Source: the human T2T-CHM13v2.0 reference genome, Homo sapiens
Direction: 5' to 3' (one strand)
NCBI RefSeq assembly: GCF_009914755.1
Contig: NC_060927.1
DNA length: 64,000 nucleotides
In this document: positions 10,714 to 25,888 of the stretch, in pieces
Position numbering within the stretch: position 1 is the first letter of the stretch
Layout of the letters: each line of letters starts with the position of its first letter
Notes under the pieces: model-generated
Told to the model about the DNA's origin: nothing
Database searches by the model: none
What the model saw: the letters and a program-made list of their open reading frames with translations, nothing else
Made by a program: the position numbers and the translations under genes

Positions 10714-13394
10714 GTAGGAAACATCCCAGAGCCTCCCCCAGATCCACCCAGAACTCTCCATTCTGGCCAATTTCACATTATGGAAGCAAAGACAGCTTCT
10801 GTAAGCAAAAATACCTGGCTACAGTGGCAAGGGGGGAAGCATGTAAATGTCCTAAAGGATTGTCTCTTTAGAAACCTGAATACCCAAAGAATTGCAGCTG
10901 CTGGGTAGAGCAGCTGTATGCAGGAAGTCAATTGCTATATACTGTGCTTCCAGATACTCATCTTCATGCTTCAGGTTCTGGAATCTGCTGTATTCTTTCA
11001 GACCAAATCAGGGAAAAGGGTGTATTCATGTAAAAATGTCACATGTGCATGTGAACACTGCAGATATCCACATATTCTTGCACTTTGAGTGGTTTGGGAA
11101 GTCCACCTTATTAGAAGGGCTAGTGACTATATATGGGTACACAAAACAGGTGAATTTCTCCTTTTCTGAGCTATTTCCATCTGGCCTCAAACCCGCTCAT
11201 GAGCTAGGCTAGGCTGGGTCTCTGGGGAGCAAAATGTGCAAGGATGTACATACCAATTCATACCAAGATTGTGGGAAATGCTATAATAGAAGGAAACCTG
11301 ATTTTCATCTGTTTTCACAGCCAGGATTTGATCTGAGGATGCTTGGGTTTGAATGAAAATCTGATCTGTCTCAAGTTCCTCTTTGTAACGTCCTCATCTC
11401 TCACACGGGGCTCCTTGCCACACAGGAGGCTTTTTTGGCATCATTTCCACACAAAACATATGCTCTTCCCAGGTTAAGAGATGTTCTTGTTGGGGTCAAG
11501 GTGGGAAACATCCTATCCGGAGATCCCTCTGACACTATAAGGAATGTTCCTCTGGTTTGGTGTGACAAATTAGGCCCTTAGCCTCATTCCTGAGCTGATA
11601 TTTCAGAAGTGGCTATCCACTCTATGAATCTTTTCCTATGAACTCTCAATATTGGGGAGCCTCTCCCTGCATCCTTGTGAATTTTGGGCCTTTTTGTCTA
11701 ATGCAAAAAGCTATGAGCACAGATAAGAGACTCATTTCAATACCAGTAAAAGCAAACAGCACAAAGAAGGTGGCAGATGCACAGAACCCTATTCAAATCC
11801 AAATTAAAATGGCTGTGAATTAACAAGTTGGCTTTATCCGCCCTTCTCCAAATAGGGCTTATAATGAGCCATTAACAGGCTGAATAGTATGAGATCCATT
11901 GGTGTTCCTGTCTGCATAGGGTGGATCACAGCAGATACCCAGAACGTCATAGGATCAAAATCTTTCCATAATCAAAGTGGAAATGTGAAGAATTGTTCAG
12001 TCAATCTTATTCATCCTACCTTTGTAACTGTCTTCATATATTTCTCCTCTTTTTCATTCACATAGCTACTACCCTGAGCTGTAGTAGCTTCCTAATTTGA
12101 TTGCATGCCTTTGGTCTTTCCTTCCTTCCAATCCACCCTGTCCTTTATTGCTATTCATCTTTAAAATGCTACTTTGGTCACATAACCACCCAGATCAAGA
12201 ACTTTAATGATTTTCCAATGCCTTTAGGATAATGCTCCACAACTCTACAGCTGTGCTACCCTACCTCCCCAGTTTTATTTTCAATTATTATTTTATGCAG
12301 GCTTTATGCTCCAGCTGAATGGATGTATTCTCTGAGCCTCTGAGAGATACATCATATTCTTTTTTGTCTATGTGCCTTTTTTCATACATTTCTCTGCCTG
12401 GAATACCCTTCCCTTCCCTCTAGTTTGTGCTTTTTAAGAGGAGCCCCTCCTTTCCACTCTAGAGCCTCCTCCTCTATGATCCTTCCCGCATACCAGGATA
12501 TGATCCAGCTCATCCCTGCACTACGGCCCTTGTCCGTATAACCCTTCACCTGGCACAGACCATCTCTCCTCCAGTAATCTATGCAATGTTATTGCCTATA
12601 TAAGCCGACAGGATACTTAAAGACAAGAACCACACTATTCATTTTGAGTTCCCTAGGTTACCTAACTGCATTTTACACATTCAAAGGAGGCTACAACCAT
12701 TCAAGACCATAAGGAAAAAAGGAAGTTTGAGTAGATTCACCCCCTCCTCATTTATATTTAATATGAATCTTCTACTTTGGCTGTCTATGTTCTCTGTCCC
12801 TCCTGATGTAACTATCATGTTCCAAATCTCATGGTTATTCATATTAGAATATCTACAGGATAACAAACCCAGTTGAGGAGCTTCTGATTAGAGGCAGCAG
12901 CCTCCTGCCCCACCCTAATCCCACTTTCCAGAGGTAAACCTCTTCTAATCAGCTGTCTTTGATTATAATCTTTATAACCAATAAAATGAATTTGAAATGG
13001 AAACCAAATTGACCTTTAGCCACAAGAGAATACATACAGTGGCCCTTATGGTTGAATAGGGCAGTGGAGTACATTGAATTTAATAATACTGTGGTCCAAA
13101 GGAACAGACCAAGTAGAAGAACCATTGGATATAGAAAGATACTTTCTATGTAAAAGCTCACAAATACAAGAATAAAAATGAAATAAAAAGTTTGAATGAG
13201 GAAAAAAGGAAAACATCATTTTCATGTTGTGGTAGGCCTATAGACAGTCCATTAAAAGTATAGAAATGGTATTTTCCTATTATGGGTTTCAAAATGTATA
13301 AGGGGTCAAGGCACACGGAGATGGGGAAGCTTAGTCATCATGACATTTGAAAGAACTCCATTTCTTCTAAAAGTAAAACTTTTTAAAGATTATC

Positions 13395-14130
13395 TTGTTT
13401 TTCATTTTTTACAAATTCCATGGTTTTTACTATATTCACAAAGTTGTGCAAACATTGCCACTGTTTCATTCCAGAACATTTTCATTACCCTAGAAAGAAA
13501 CCTCATGCCCATTAGCAGTCACTCTGCATTCCCTACTCTCCTCAACCCCTGGCAACTACTCATCTGCTTTCAGTCTCTATGGGTTTGCCTGTTTGGGCAT
13601 TTCATATAAATGGAATCATACAATATGAGATCTTCTGTGACTGGCTTACTTCCCCTAGCCTAATGCTTTCAGGATTCATCCATGCTATTCGCATGTATCA
13701 ATCCTTTTGTCCTATTATTGCTAAATAGCATGCCATTTCATTGATATACCACTTTTTGTTTACTATTCATCAGTTGATGGACATTTGGGTTGTTTCTGGC
13801 TTTTGGCTGTCATGAATAATGCTGCTATAAACCTTTATATTCAAGTTTTGGCGTGAACAGATGTTTCAGTTCCCTTATGTGCATACCTGGGAGTGGAATG
13901 GTTGGGTTATATGGAGTTCTACTATGTTTAACTTTTTGAGGAACTGCTAAACTGTTTTTCAAAGTAGGTATACCATTTTGTACTCTCACCAGCAGTTTGT
14001 GAGGGTTCCAGTTTCTCCACATCCTCACCAACACTTGTTACTGTGTCTTTTTATATAGCCATCCTAGAGGGTGTGGAGTGGTATTCATTGTGGGTTTTGA
14101 TTTGCATTTGCCAATGACTAATAATGTTAA
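13395..14130 (-). mobile_element. L1MB-like LINE-1 3' fragment, antisense to KALRN
   Basis: Typical L1M 3' UTR/ORF2-end text: CATTTCATATAAATGGAATCATACAATATG, TTTTGAGGAACTGCTAAACTGTTTT, TCTCCACATCCTCACCAACACTTG. Confidence 0.85.
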
Positions 14131-14391
14131 GAAAATACTTTTTTAAGCTGGTAATTTCATCTCTGAAAATGAAAGAAGCCTTGAGATAAACTGGACTTAA
14201 TTCATCTTGACAAAAGAAAATTAAGTAGTAATGAAAGCAACTGGAGCCTTAGCTGAACTAAACTATGATTTCCTGAGATTCAGATAGCAAGGAAAGGGAA
14301 CACTGGGGTTGTCAGATGGTACTTTAGACCGAGAGAGGTAGAATCTAAACAGTTCAGATAAAAGATAGGCGTGATGCTATTTCTGAGACTC

Positions 14392-14694
<303 letters not shown>

Positions 14695-16139
14695 TGAGAC
14701 TCTGAAGAGGAATATAGTTCATATGTGATGGAAAGTTTTGAAAATTTTGGTTCTTTTATGTATAATAACAAACAATCCCCTGCTGAATGAATCAGAAGAT
14801 GTATTTCAAGAAACCTATTCACCTGCACAAGGAGCTCAGTAAATTTGTGTCTACAAAAAAAAATTGATAAGGAATATCAATATTCCTTATTATTATCTCA
14901 TTATAAGGAATATCAATAATGAAAGGCAAATATAGAAAATTATGAGATTATAAGATTACTATCAAGAAGACAAAATCTTAAAGTCTTGTAAAATGTGCTA
15001 AAGTCAAAAGGGCTTTAAAAAAATTTACTCAGAGTGAGGCTCACTGATTAGAGGAAGATCATAACCAAAGATAGAAAGAAAGGGAAGGAGGAAAAGAGAG
15101 AGTGGGGAGGGAAAGAGAGAGGGAGGGATAGAAAAAAAATAGAATTACTGAACCCCTCTTTTGAACCTCTGTCTTTTCCAGCAGATAACTAGAATTCAAA
15201 ATGGAGAGGCAAAACATAAATTAGGGGACACATGAAGCCCAAGATAAGTGAGCTCTCAGGTCTAGATTTCCAGGCCCAGATGAATTATGGTACCCAAAGT
15301 TTCCCTTTTGGCCACAAGATCATGTCCATACTTCTGAACTTTTCATTCAAGAACTGCTGCAGTCTGACCCCATTTTATTAGTTTCTATAAGTTACTGTCT
15401 TTGGAGGAAAGATTTGAGTTTCAAGTGGGCTTAGGTTGAACGAGAAAAGATATGTATGGCCATGTGTGGAAATAAAGAAGATAGAAGCGATGTGTCTGAA
15501 CCTCCCAGAAACCCAGAAAAAGCTCAGTGACTCAGCCCCATGGGAAGAACAAGAAATGTGGCATAGTGTCACCTCTGGAGATGAAAACTGGAATGTCACC
15601 CAAGACCAAGGGTGTCTCAAGCAGCCACGTCATCTGGTCATCATCTGAGAGTGGAAGACCAGAATCTGTATAATGTTCTACCATTTCTATACCACAGCTT
15701 CCTTTTTCTTCTTCCTCTCTGCTTTCTGTGATTTCACTTCTACTCTGCAAGCAATCACCCAGATCCCTGTCTGTACCGTTTAAATCCTCAGGGAAACAAC
15801 CCCAATTGACCCAGCTTATTTCTAGTCCCCTATTTAGACACAGCTTTTAGGCCAGGACACCTCAGAAGTCACTGGCTGCATCTTGATGGGCTGCCCTCAT
15901 AAGACAAGTTTTTACCTCTGATCTCAAAAGCTGTGACCAGGCATTTGGCAGGTCATGTGGTGCCACCACAATCACCTATGTATAAGAAACCATTTCAGAA
16001 TACTCCCAGTGGGGACCATGGCCATGGTTGATGTCTAAGTGCACTTATCCAATTCATGGGCCAAATTTATCATCTACTTCTTCCCAATAAAAATCTTCAA
16101 CTCTTGCTGGTCTAGCTTTACTCACCTCCAAACACAAGA

Positions 16140-16500
16140 TTTGCTCATTCATTCATTCAGTCAACATTGATGGTATGCTTACTATTTTCTAGACACTGGA
16201 GATATACAAATGAATAAGATATAATACTTACCTTTTAGGGTTCATGGTCTAATGAAGGAGACTTATAAATAATGTGATGTATGCTAAAATAGAAGCATGT
16301 ATGTGATACTGTGGGAACACTGGGAAGGCATTGCCCACTTGTTTTTTGGGGAGGAGAGGAGAGGAAAAAGGGCATTCAATTGAGAGTGGGAATGAGTAGG
16401 AACCACTCATCACAGCAGGAGAGGCATGCAACATTCAACATGGCTGCAGTGTAGGGAATGAAGAGCAGTGGAGACAGGGCTGCTACAAAGGTAGGTGGAG
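16140..16500 (-). mobile_element. L2 3'-end relic
   Basis: CATTCATTCATTCAGTCAACATTGA..TGCTTACTAT..AGACACTGGAGATATACAAATGAATAAGA is the usual L2 3' signature. Confidence 0.6.
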
Positions 16501-18435
16501 CCGCAGGGGGAAGGGCGTGTCTACACTTCCCTCTACCTACTTCCTAAGGATGCATCTAAACTCATTTTACTGTCTCTTTGCTCCTCTAGTCCCCACACAT
16601 ACCTAGAATACTCTTGGTCACAAACTATTTGCTTTGCTGACTCCGAATCACGATTTTGATGTTTTAAGATATAATTTTCTCTGGTAGAGCTGCCCTAGTA
16701 TGGCTGCTGCCACCAGCTGGCTGTAAAACCCTTTCTTATAGGTGGAGTCACTTTACCAAGAGCAGAGAATATGTATTTCCAAGACTTTTCCATAAACACA
16801 TGGTCTCTGTTTTAAGTAAATAGAAAACCAAAGAAAATTGTTTTCAGGAAAAATAAAAATAAAAAACACCCTACATGCAATAAGATGAAAGTCCTCAGGA
16901 TGCTTAGACACTGGAGATATATAAATGAATAAGATGATTAAAAAGGGGTTCAATAATTCTAGTTTAGATAGAATCAAGTAGATTCTATTTTGAATAGAAT
17001 CTGCTAATTCTATCTTAACCAATTCTCCCTGTTATTACTCTGCCTTTTCATGGCTGAGGAGATGTTTCGGCTATCCTCACACCTACCTCCTTTCCTTCAC
17101 ACCAAAGCTCTTGCCCTTTATCTTCCAGTGCCAGGCACCAGCCTACTGTCCTGAGATAGGAGAGGCTCCATGTGCCGAGTGAGCTACTGGAGAGCTGGAT
17201 CCCTGGTCCCTGGTCCCTGGCCATGTGTGCGGCAGGCAGAGCACTCTCAACTCTCCTCTCTGACGCCCTCTTTCTCCAGCATTTCTTGGGAGGGTTGATC
17301 TCTCATGGGAGGGGCTGTAGATAGGCCTGGAAGGAGCAGATGGGGTGAGGATAGTAGAATAAAGAAAGAAGGGCTCTGTTGTTTTTTCTGCTGTTGCTCC
17401 AGTGATGTTTTGCCTCAGTTTCCCTGATATCTAGATTGTAGCATGGTTTAAACCTTGGACCCACTTTCCTCCAGTCCAAAAGATAATTTTTCTTCTTAGA
17501 ATAGTATTTAAATGTTCTTTCCTTTCCCTGAGCAATTTCAGAGTTTGAAAATCCAAACTTAGGATTAAAAAATAAGCAGCAGTCTGCTTGTTGGGTGTCT
17601 CTCTCATTCCCATGACTTACCCAGCTTAAGTACTGCTTCTCCGTGAGACCTCCCCTACCCATGCCTGTCCGCCTTCATTTTCTCCTTTTAAAATTCCTAT
17701 AGTGTTAACTCTACATTCTCCCATTTTGACATTCAATTACATAATGCCCTGAGTTATTTACCTACTCTGTGTGAAATGAAGATTTTTTTCCTTTTGTTTG
17801 ACCCCCAAGCCCTAAACTATAGCTCTTTACACAGTACTACGGACCAAGTAGGTATTGAACAAACTCTTGCTAAAAATGAAATTAATCCAGTAAACATCAG
17901 AGTTCTACTTTACCTAGTCCTATAATAGATGATGGCTTTATTAACCTCTTTCTCCTGCTCTCTAATGGAAACTAAAGACAAGATTCTGGTGGTGACAGGG
18001 ACAGAGTTAACTCTTAAATCTGCTCATTGTATTTATTTAGATCCTGGCATGTGCCAACTTATATGAGGTTTAGAGCTGGTACAGTGGAGAGGGAAACTAG
18101 GAACTAAAGGGCAGAGACAAATAGGCTCTGTTTGCTCACTGGTAGTATGAAGTTGGACCAGCCCTAAGCCTCTCTAAGCCTCAGATTTTTTTCATCTGTG
18201 GTTCAAAGAGACCTGCATCACTTCCCTCCACCTACTTCCTAAGGATGCATCTAAACTCAAATGGCTTTCAGATACAGTAACACACTATGTAAATTAAAAG
18301 CATATTAATGTAAGAGATTCTTACATCAGTAATAATAATGGTTAATGTTTATGGCTTACTGAGTTCTTACTGTCTTCCACTGTACTAAGCATTCTACATT
18401 TGTCAACTCATTTAATACACCAGCCCTCTGAAGTA

Positions 18436-18784
18436 GGATCAGCCCTCCGTATCTACAGGTGTCGCATCCATGGATTCAACCAACCGTGAACTGAAAATGT
18501 TTTTTTTTCAAATGGATGGTTGTGCCTGTACTGAACATATACAGACTTTTTTTGTTCTTGTCATCATTCCCTAAGCCATACGGAATAACAACTATTTACT
18601 TAGTATTTACATTGTATTAGGTATTGTAAGTAATTTAGAGATGATTTGAAGTGTTCCTGAGGATGTGGGTAAGTTGTAAGCAAAAACCACACCATGTTAT
18701 ATAAGGAACTTGCATATCTGGATTTTGGTATCCATGGGGGGCCCTGGAACAAGTTCCCCCCACCCCAGCACTGAGGGATGACTG
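18436..18784 (-). mobile_element. Near full-length MER2 (TcMar-Tigger) inserted into a MIR (MIR halves about 18330-18435 and 18787-18900)
   Basis: Terminal sequences CAGCCCTCCGTATC and GAGGGATGACTG followed by TA, with an internal MER2 consensus. The flanks read as one reverse-strand MIR (TTTTGCAGATGAAGAAATGGAGGCACAGAG). Confidence 0.85.
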
Positions 18785-19004
18785 TAATATTATGATTTCC
18801 TTTTTGCAGATGAAGAAATGGAGGCACAGAGGGTTTCAATAACTTGCTCGAGATCTCCCAGTTAGTAGTAACAAAGCTGGGATACATACCCAGGTAGTCA
18901 GCTATGAGGTATCTATGGCTGCTCTAAACAGGAAGAGAGGATTTGGGGTGAAGGGGCAGGAGAATAAATGTAATCCAGTAACTTAAGGCCATCTTTTGGG
19001 GCAG

Positions 19005-19187
19005 CAAACAAAGGAGAAGGTGAAGCTTCTGATTCAGCTGGCCGATAGCTTTGTGGAAAAAGGCCACATTCATGCCACGGAGATAAGGAAATGGGTGACC
19101 ACGGTGGACAAGCACTACAGAGATTTCTCCCTGAGGATGGGAAAGTACCGATACTCACTGGAGAAAGCCCTAGGAGTCAACACAGAG
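19005..19187 (+). CDS. KALRN: KALRN exon E (183 nt, phase 0-0)
   Basis: Acceptor ttttggggcag|CAA and donor GAG|gtaggc. Encodes QTKEKVKLLIQLADSFVEKGHIHATEIRKWVTTVDKHYRDFSLRMGKYRYSLEKALGVNTE. Confidence 0.95.
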
Positions 19188-20437
19188 GTAGGCAGGGGTA
19201 TTGTCCTCTGGGACATCCTCCCTTCTCATCTCCCTGAGCACCACTGCCCTCATCGCCATGGAAGAAAAGCATGTTTCCAGAGCAGTTCTTCTGAGCTATT
19301 GACTCCTAGAGCGCTTGCCTTGTGTGGCTTTTCTAGTGGGGAGTGCTGGGTGGATCTTGCTGATCCATTAACCTTCAGTCCCCTGTGATTAGTACTCTAT
19401 ACATTACAAAATCGACTGGCCAGTAGTGGGGCCTATGGCTACAGAACAGAGTTTTTCTCTGTATAGAGTTAACTGTTGACTTTGAGAACCAAAAGCTTTA
19501 TCTTGGCTTCATAAGTACCATCTTCCACCCAATTATGTTAATCAGCAAATGATTAGAGTCCCCAGTATATATAATAGTACTCTTTCAAGAATAAGGGGTG
19601 CAATTTGTACAAGGGTTATTTGACATTTCAACCGAACAGAGGTACAATTTGCCATGAACCAGGGAAGATGGACTTTTAATCTCTTCTTTATAATAGGGGT
19701 TAGTAACCTGTGAATTAAGAGCTTAATACAGCCTGGCAATTTAATCCTAGGATGTCTAATTCTTAAATCTTCAAATAGGCTCATGATCTGAAGCAGAGCA
19801 GCCTGGAGAGTGAAGTGGCCAAACTACCTAAAGTTGAGAGAGTTAATGTCTCCCCCAGGCTTTAATCTGTGAGTTTTTATCTAGGAAGTTCCATCATATA
19901 TAAATACCAAATGGTGGTTAAAATTAGCAGGGATGAGCAATGAGAAAGTTCAGTCATTGCTCTGTTATTTAGCTTTCTGTTTCCAAGGGAAATTTCTTGT
20001 TTAAATAAATATATTTGATTTGATTATTTTCTTTTGACAAATGAAAGATGTTTTTATATCTTTATGTGTTTTTGTTTCACATCTATTTTAAATGGTTAAG
20101 AATCAGTCTTAGACTAATTTACGGGTGTGTTTAGATTTAATTAGGACCAAAGGCCTTGGGGAAATAGACACATAATTATCAAATATGTTCATTGTTTTTT
20201 CTTACTATGGATATTTACCCTAAACATTTGACCTGAACATTTTATTTCTCTCTTATTTGAAAAAACAATAATGATACCATGAAGAAGAGTGCTTATGGGT
20301 ATGAGTCTGTAAGATCCCTCATGTTTTTATCCTTCTCCATTATATCTTTTTTTCCCCCTTTTACCACCTCCCTCAACTCCAGTGAGTTGCTTTCCCAAAG
20401 CATCACAAGGTGACCTTTGTGATCCCTCCATGTGCAG

Positions 20438-20556
20438 GATAATAAGGACCTGGAGCTGGATATTATCCCAGCAAGCCTTTCGGATCGGGAGGTCAAGCTG
20501 CGGGACGCCAACCACGAAGTCAATGAAGAGAAGCGGAAGTCAGCCCGGAAGAAAGA
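20438..20556 (+). CDS. KALRN: KALRN exon F (119 nt, phase 0-2), linker before DH1
   Basis: Acceptor tgtgcag|GAT and donor AGA|gtacgt. Encodes DNKDLELDIIPASLSDREVKLRDANHEVNEEKRKSARKK(E). Confidence 0.95.
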
Positions 20557-20773
20557 GTACGTGTTGGCTTCCGCCCAGCTAGCTGGCTCCCCGTGACTAT
20601 GCTGGGCTTTCACCGCTACTTGTCCCTTTGGATAGCTTAATATGTTCTCATGGCCACCTACAGGGATTGGGATGGACAGACATAATGTTTGCATTGAGAA
20701 TATGGGTTCCCTCTGAAGGCTTTGAAGTCTCTCCAGTCTGTCCTTCACCTGAATTCTCTTTACATTTCAGTAA

Positions 20774-21407
<634 letters not shown>

Positions 21408-21786
21408 TAAACATTACATAAAGTGCCTTTACACACATTTTCTCTTTGTATCTTTCTATCGCTTCTTTCAGGCAGCTATGATTATTCCCATTTTACATAT
21501 AATAAGACTTAGAAAAGTCAAGTAATTTTCCCCAAACCACACAGATGGTGAGCAATGAAGCCAGAATTTAATCTAGCTTTGACTCTTCAGCATTCTTTGA
21601 TTTCTTTCCATTATGTCTCTCACCAGCTTCAAATTGTAAATGGTTTGCTACTACCCCTGGAATAATGATAAAACTCAAGGTACTGCTATCGTTTGTCCTC
21701 ATCTAAGTCAATTTTACTTCAAAATACTTTCTAGTTCAGATCACACCCTTCAGTCAGATCATTTTCACTGACTCCTCTCAGGTCTA

Positions 21787-22189
<403 letters not shown>

Positions 22190-22480
22190 TTATTTTGCTC
22201 TGTGTAAGTCCTATTGATTCTTTAAAATCCAGCTCATATCCTATGCCTCTATAAATCCTTTATCTACAGCCCCCACTGTCATTGGCCCATCCTTTTATGA
22301 ACTCCTTTACTTCTGTACTGATTCCCATTTTACTTATTCAGCCAATTCTTAAGCATATGTCCCTAGCTAGATTGTAGACTCCTTGAAAACAAGAAGTATT
22401 TTATACTCTGTAGTATGGATCAAGGGACTAGCAGAAAAATGAAGATAACATAATTATTGATCAAGAAAAGCTTATAGTCA

Positions 22481-22841
<361 letters not shown>

Positions 22842-23704
22842 TTATTTAAAATCACAAAACAAATAAGGACTGTAACATCAATTTCTTTACTTGAAGTTGA
22901 GGGATATACCACTGGGCCAGAAGAAAATAAGGCATGCTTTAGGAGGCATTCCAGCATCAGATGGGCCCTCCTCCCCTGACTTGCTCTAGGTATTCAGATT
23001 TCAAAAGGAAGAAAGAGGTGCTTGGAAATTGGTCCAGTGAGTGAATTGTAGATGTTAGAATGTAAAGCTGCCACCTAAGTTTACTCCTAGGTCAGCAATA
23101 GCCCATGAGGAGATGAGGCAGAGGAAAATAGGCAAGAAGAGAGTAGAGGATGCTGAGATTCAAACATTTTGCAAGAATCTGAAGTAGCTGAGGTTTTCAT
23201 AAATTGAACTCTGTTTTCTCAGAATAAGAATGAATAGGGGCCAGAATTCATTTAGTGAGCTGGAACCAACTTATCATTAGATTCCTGCTTTGCTCTCTAA
23301 GTATCTCAGCTCCACTTTCAGAAAAGTCCTGACTCCAGGTAGGCAAAACACATTTTTCTTCTTTGGTTGTTTGGTAGGGAGTTGTCTACCAACATTTCAC
23401 TCTAATCAAGAATTACAGAGCATTGGACAGGGTAAACAATGAACCGTACCAATCTTATAAACCATTTCTTGACACTGCTTCCTTTATGCTGGAGTTACAA
23501 AGTAACACATATCTAGAGATTTCTGGAGGACTTTATAAAGAATATTTTGACACTCTGTTTGTGAATTACTAGAAAAAAATAGTATGTCCTAAGATTAAGA
23601 AGCTCTATATAGTTTATTTTATCAAGATGAAGTAGGACCACAGGTTCCTTGGAGATGAAGAAACTAAAGCTGCTGTGTGAATCAGAGCTTGTTCATATGG
23701 GGAG

Positions 23705-24097
23705 TGGATTTGTTTGTTGGGGCTGCTGTAACCAAGTACCACAAATTGGGTTGTTTAAAGAGCAGAAATGTATTGTCTCCCAGCTCTCGGGACTAGAAGC
23801 CTAAACTCAAGGTGTCAGCAGGGTTGATTCCTTCTGAGGGCAGTGAGGGGAGGGTCTGTTCCAGGCCTCTCTCCTTGATAGCTTGTAGATGGCTGTTTCC
23901 GTGCTCACGTGGCATAATCCCAGAATATATGCCTGTATCAAAAATTCCTCCTTTTGTAAGGACATCAGTTGTTAGATCCAGGGGCCACTCTACTCCAGTA
24001 CTGCAGTGATACTGTTTCCAAATAAGACCAAAATCTGAGGTATTGGAGGTTAAGACTTCAGCATATGAATTTCAGAGGCGTCATAATTCAGCCCATA
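23705..24097. mobile_element. MLT1 (MaLR) solo LTR, MLT1B/C-like
   Basis: GGGCTGCTGTAACCAAGTACCACAAATTGGGT, AAGGTGTCAGCAGGGTTGATTCCTTCTGAGG and AATTCAGCCCATA match MLT1 LTR motifs. Confidence 0.8.
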
Positions 24098-24885
24098 TCT
24101 GGGAGGGGGATGAGGGGACTATACCTGGCCAGATCTTCCTCCTTGGTTCCTTCTGTGACAACAAATAGCCAGAAGAGATTAAAGGATGGGTGGAAAATAA
24201 AATGGGGTGGGGATAGCAGAGGTAAATTGTGAGGAAAGACAGGTAAAACTGCAGGAAGCAGATGAGAACAAAAGAACAATTCTAGAAAACTTAAGGCAAT
24301 AAAATCAAAGGCAAGTTCTCAAAGGCCGTCAGTTTATGTTCCTTCTGATCTCCCTTCTGTCCTCATTTCATCGCAATCTACAGCTCATTTAATCATGGAA
24401 TGTTTCCTGAGCACCTACCATGCACTAGGCATGTTGCTTACGTGATCTTGTTTAATACTTGCAGCAATTCTGTGTGATCAGCTATTTTATAAGTAAGGAG
24501 TCTGAGACCTGGAGAGGCAAGTCCTACCTCTGGTTGTAATTCAGTTCCTATCTGTCTGACTCCAAAGCTTATGCACTTTTTACTCTACCAATAGAGTTCA
24601 ATTCAAAGAACAGAAAAATATAGAATATACCACAACGAGGCCATATATCGTAAGTTTAACAATTGTCTAAGCACATTGTATTATTTAGAGGCCCAAGGAG
24701 GAAGAGAACCCTCTCTTTAAAGATGCATAACACAGACTTCTCTTTATGGGGGACTGAGAAGCAGTCACTTATTACTAATTTATACTGTGCTTATGGTTGC
24801 ACGTTCAGTTTTCTACACATCCGTTTATGCTGTAAACAAGTCCCATTGGAAATAGTATTGAAATAGCTGAGAGGATAATCTAGGT

Positions 24886-25203
24886 CAGAGGTCAGCAAAC
24901 ATAGACCAAATTTGACCTACCAACTATTTCATATGGTCTATAAACTAAAAATTATCTTTTATATTTTTAAATAATTGGAAGAATTATCAAAAGAAGAATA
25001 TTTTATAATGTGAAAATTAGATAAAATTCAAATTTTAGTGTCCATAAATGTTTTTATTGGAAAACAGCCACACTTATTTTTTTTTACACATTGTCTATGG
25101 CTCCTTTCACATGACAACAGCAAAGTTGAGTGGTTGTGACAGAGACCGAATTGCCCACAGAGATTTATTATCTGGCTCTTTATAGAAAAATTGCTAACCC
25201 CTG
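24886..25203. mobile_element. MER58-family hAT-Charlie element with termini and 8-bp TSD
   Basis: Terminal inverted repeats CAGAGGTCAGCAAA / TTGCTAACCCCTG. Flanking 8-mers ATCTAGGT (24878-24885) and ATCTCGGT (25204-25211) fit the hAT 8-bp duplication. Confidence 0.85.
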
Positions 25204-25654
25204 ATCTCGGTGTGTTGGACCTCTTTTCCTGGCTTTGAAACCTGGTTTATTATGATACTAAGAACTGTTTTGGTATATATCTACAAACTCTACTGAACAG
25301 AAATCATCATTCTGGGAGCTGTAGGAGAAATGTGGAAAGCTGAGATTCAAGCTATCTAGTTTAGTTGGTGAGACAGAATATGAACAGTCCTACATGCCTG
25401 TACTCACATGAATATCACCACAGAATCACAAGTATTAATAGTAGGACTGGGGTGGAAAAGGGAGAGAGAATATGGACCTAGCTGAGCACAAACCTGCTAA
25501 AGGGTTACAGGGCCAATGGTCAGGAAATATCACAAGTATCATAGGAAGATACTTGTAGGAAAGGGAAGGAATTTTGAAGAAAGGAAAAGACCTGTTGATG
25601 AAGTAGAAAAATAAGACATTTAAGAATGTCATACATGCTGGGGTGGGGAAGTGA

Positions 25655-25888
<234 letters not shown>

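Noticed and set aside
16706-16720. Minus-strand CTCF-like CCAGCTGGTGGCAGC
   Set aside because: Mismatch at a highly conserved core position and no other support.
20293-20748. 151-aa antisense ORF over exon F, and a 156-aa antisense ORF at 51937-52407 over exon L
   Set aside because: Antisense frames opposite coding exons are often open. No recognisable domain or transcript signals.
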